This document shows positions 63,408-64,000 of a stretch of DNA of 64,000 bases, piece after piece. Position numbers and translations under genes: made by a program. Under the pieces are notes generated by a model, which was given only the letters and a program-made list of their open reading frames with translations, was not told the origin of the DNA and searched no databases. Source of the stretch: Lama glama (taxonomy: Eukaryota); NCBI GenBank assembly GCA_028534125.1, contig CM052817.1, forward strand, positions 73,782,001-73,846,000, written 5' to 3'. Within the stretch, counting starts at the first letter, position 1, and each line of letters opens with the position of its first letter.

Positions 63408-64000
63408 GTAAGTAAAAGGAACCCACTGGCTTTGGCCCCATTGTCGTGGTTTTTAAGCCACGTACTTTTTCACTTATAAAATGTTTTGATCTTTCCGTGT
63501 TGAAATTTACTTCTTTTGGTGAGCATATTGTAGAACATCCACTGAAGTCGGCAGATGTAAATGCATTTACACAACTAATACAGGGATTCCAGCTTCCTTT
63601 ACCAACATAAATCCATCTAACATGCATGCATGTCATTTTAATAATACTTAGTTTCTTTTTCTGTTACTGACTTTTTTTTCCCCACCCCTCTGCCCTTTTG
63701 CTGTAGTTGGGTGTGACACCTACTGCTGGCAAAGTCATAGGACAGTCCACAGTGAACTTCTTATCTTAGCCCCAAGGTTACGCCAGCCTCTGGGAAGACC
63801 TTGATGCCTACCTACTATGCTCACAATTGGGCCAGATGCATTCCCAGTGAGGGCAGTCCATCCTCATTTTCTTTTTATTTCTGATTATTATTGCTGTATT
63901 CAAAAAGAAAATTGAATATGCTTAAGAGGAAAACGGTGTCTGTATCTTGGCAGAGCATATATTCAACATTTTAAAAAATAATAATTTGTTGCTAGTTTCT

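Larger units (their letters stand above)
1..64000 (+). other. ANK2: Internal part of the ankyrin-2 (ankyrin-B) gene, from intron 4 to intron 22 (human-like numbering)
   Basis: 15 GT-AG-bounded exons splice in frame into the ankyrin-B membrane-binding domain, with ANK2-type peptides ([45 protein letters not shown]). Confidence 0.97.

Overview
Mammalian genomic DNA, most likely a camelid (alpaca/llama/camel), judged from four tRNA-Ala-derived SINEs that match my recollection of Vic-1 and a Tigger2a_Art-like MITE. The whole window lies inside ANK2 (ankyrin-B) on the + strand. Fifteen phase-0 coding exons are visible. They correspond to human exons 5-10 and 14-22 (my recalled numbering; ankyrin repeats ~4-9 and 14-24) and include the 24-nt MMVNRTTE microexon. 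Exons 11-13 are absent and probably fall in a 500-N assembly gap (32460-32959). The introns carry ordinary MIR/L2/CR1/L1/MaLR/DNA-transposon relics, a solo ERV1 LTR and a 5'-truncated ERV1 with integrase/env remnants. I see no clearly new biological system. The most unusual items are: (i) a ~580-bp TSD-flanked 'mini-L1' with an L1 5' end fused directly to an L1 3' end and a CpG-rich promoter-like core; (ii) an intragenic CpG island around exon 21, where 33/33 codons end in G/C, followed by motifs suggesting an internal promoter for an isoform lacking nearly all ankyrin repeats. Repeat family names are from pattern recognition, not from a database search.
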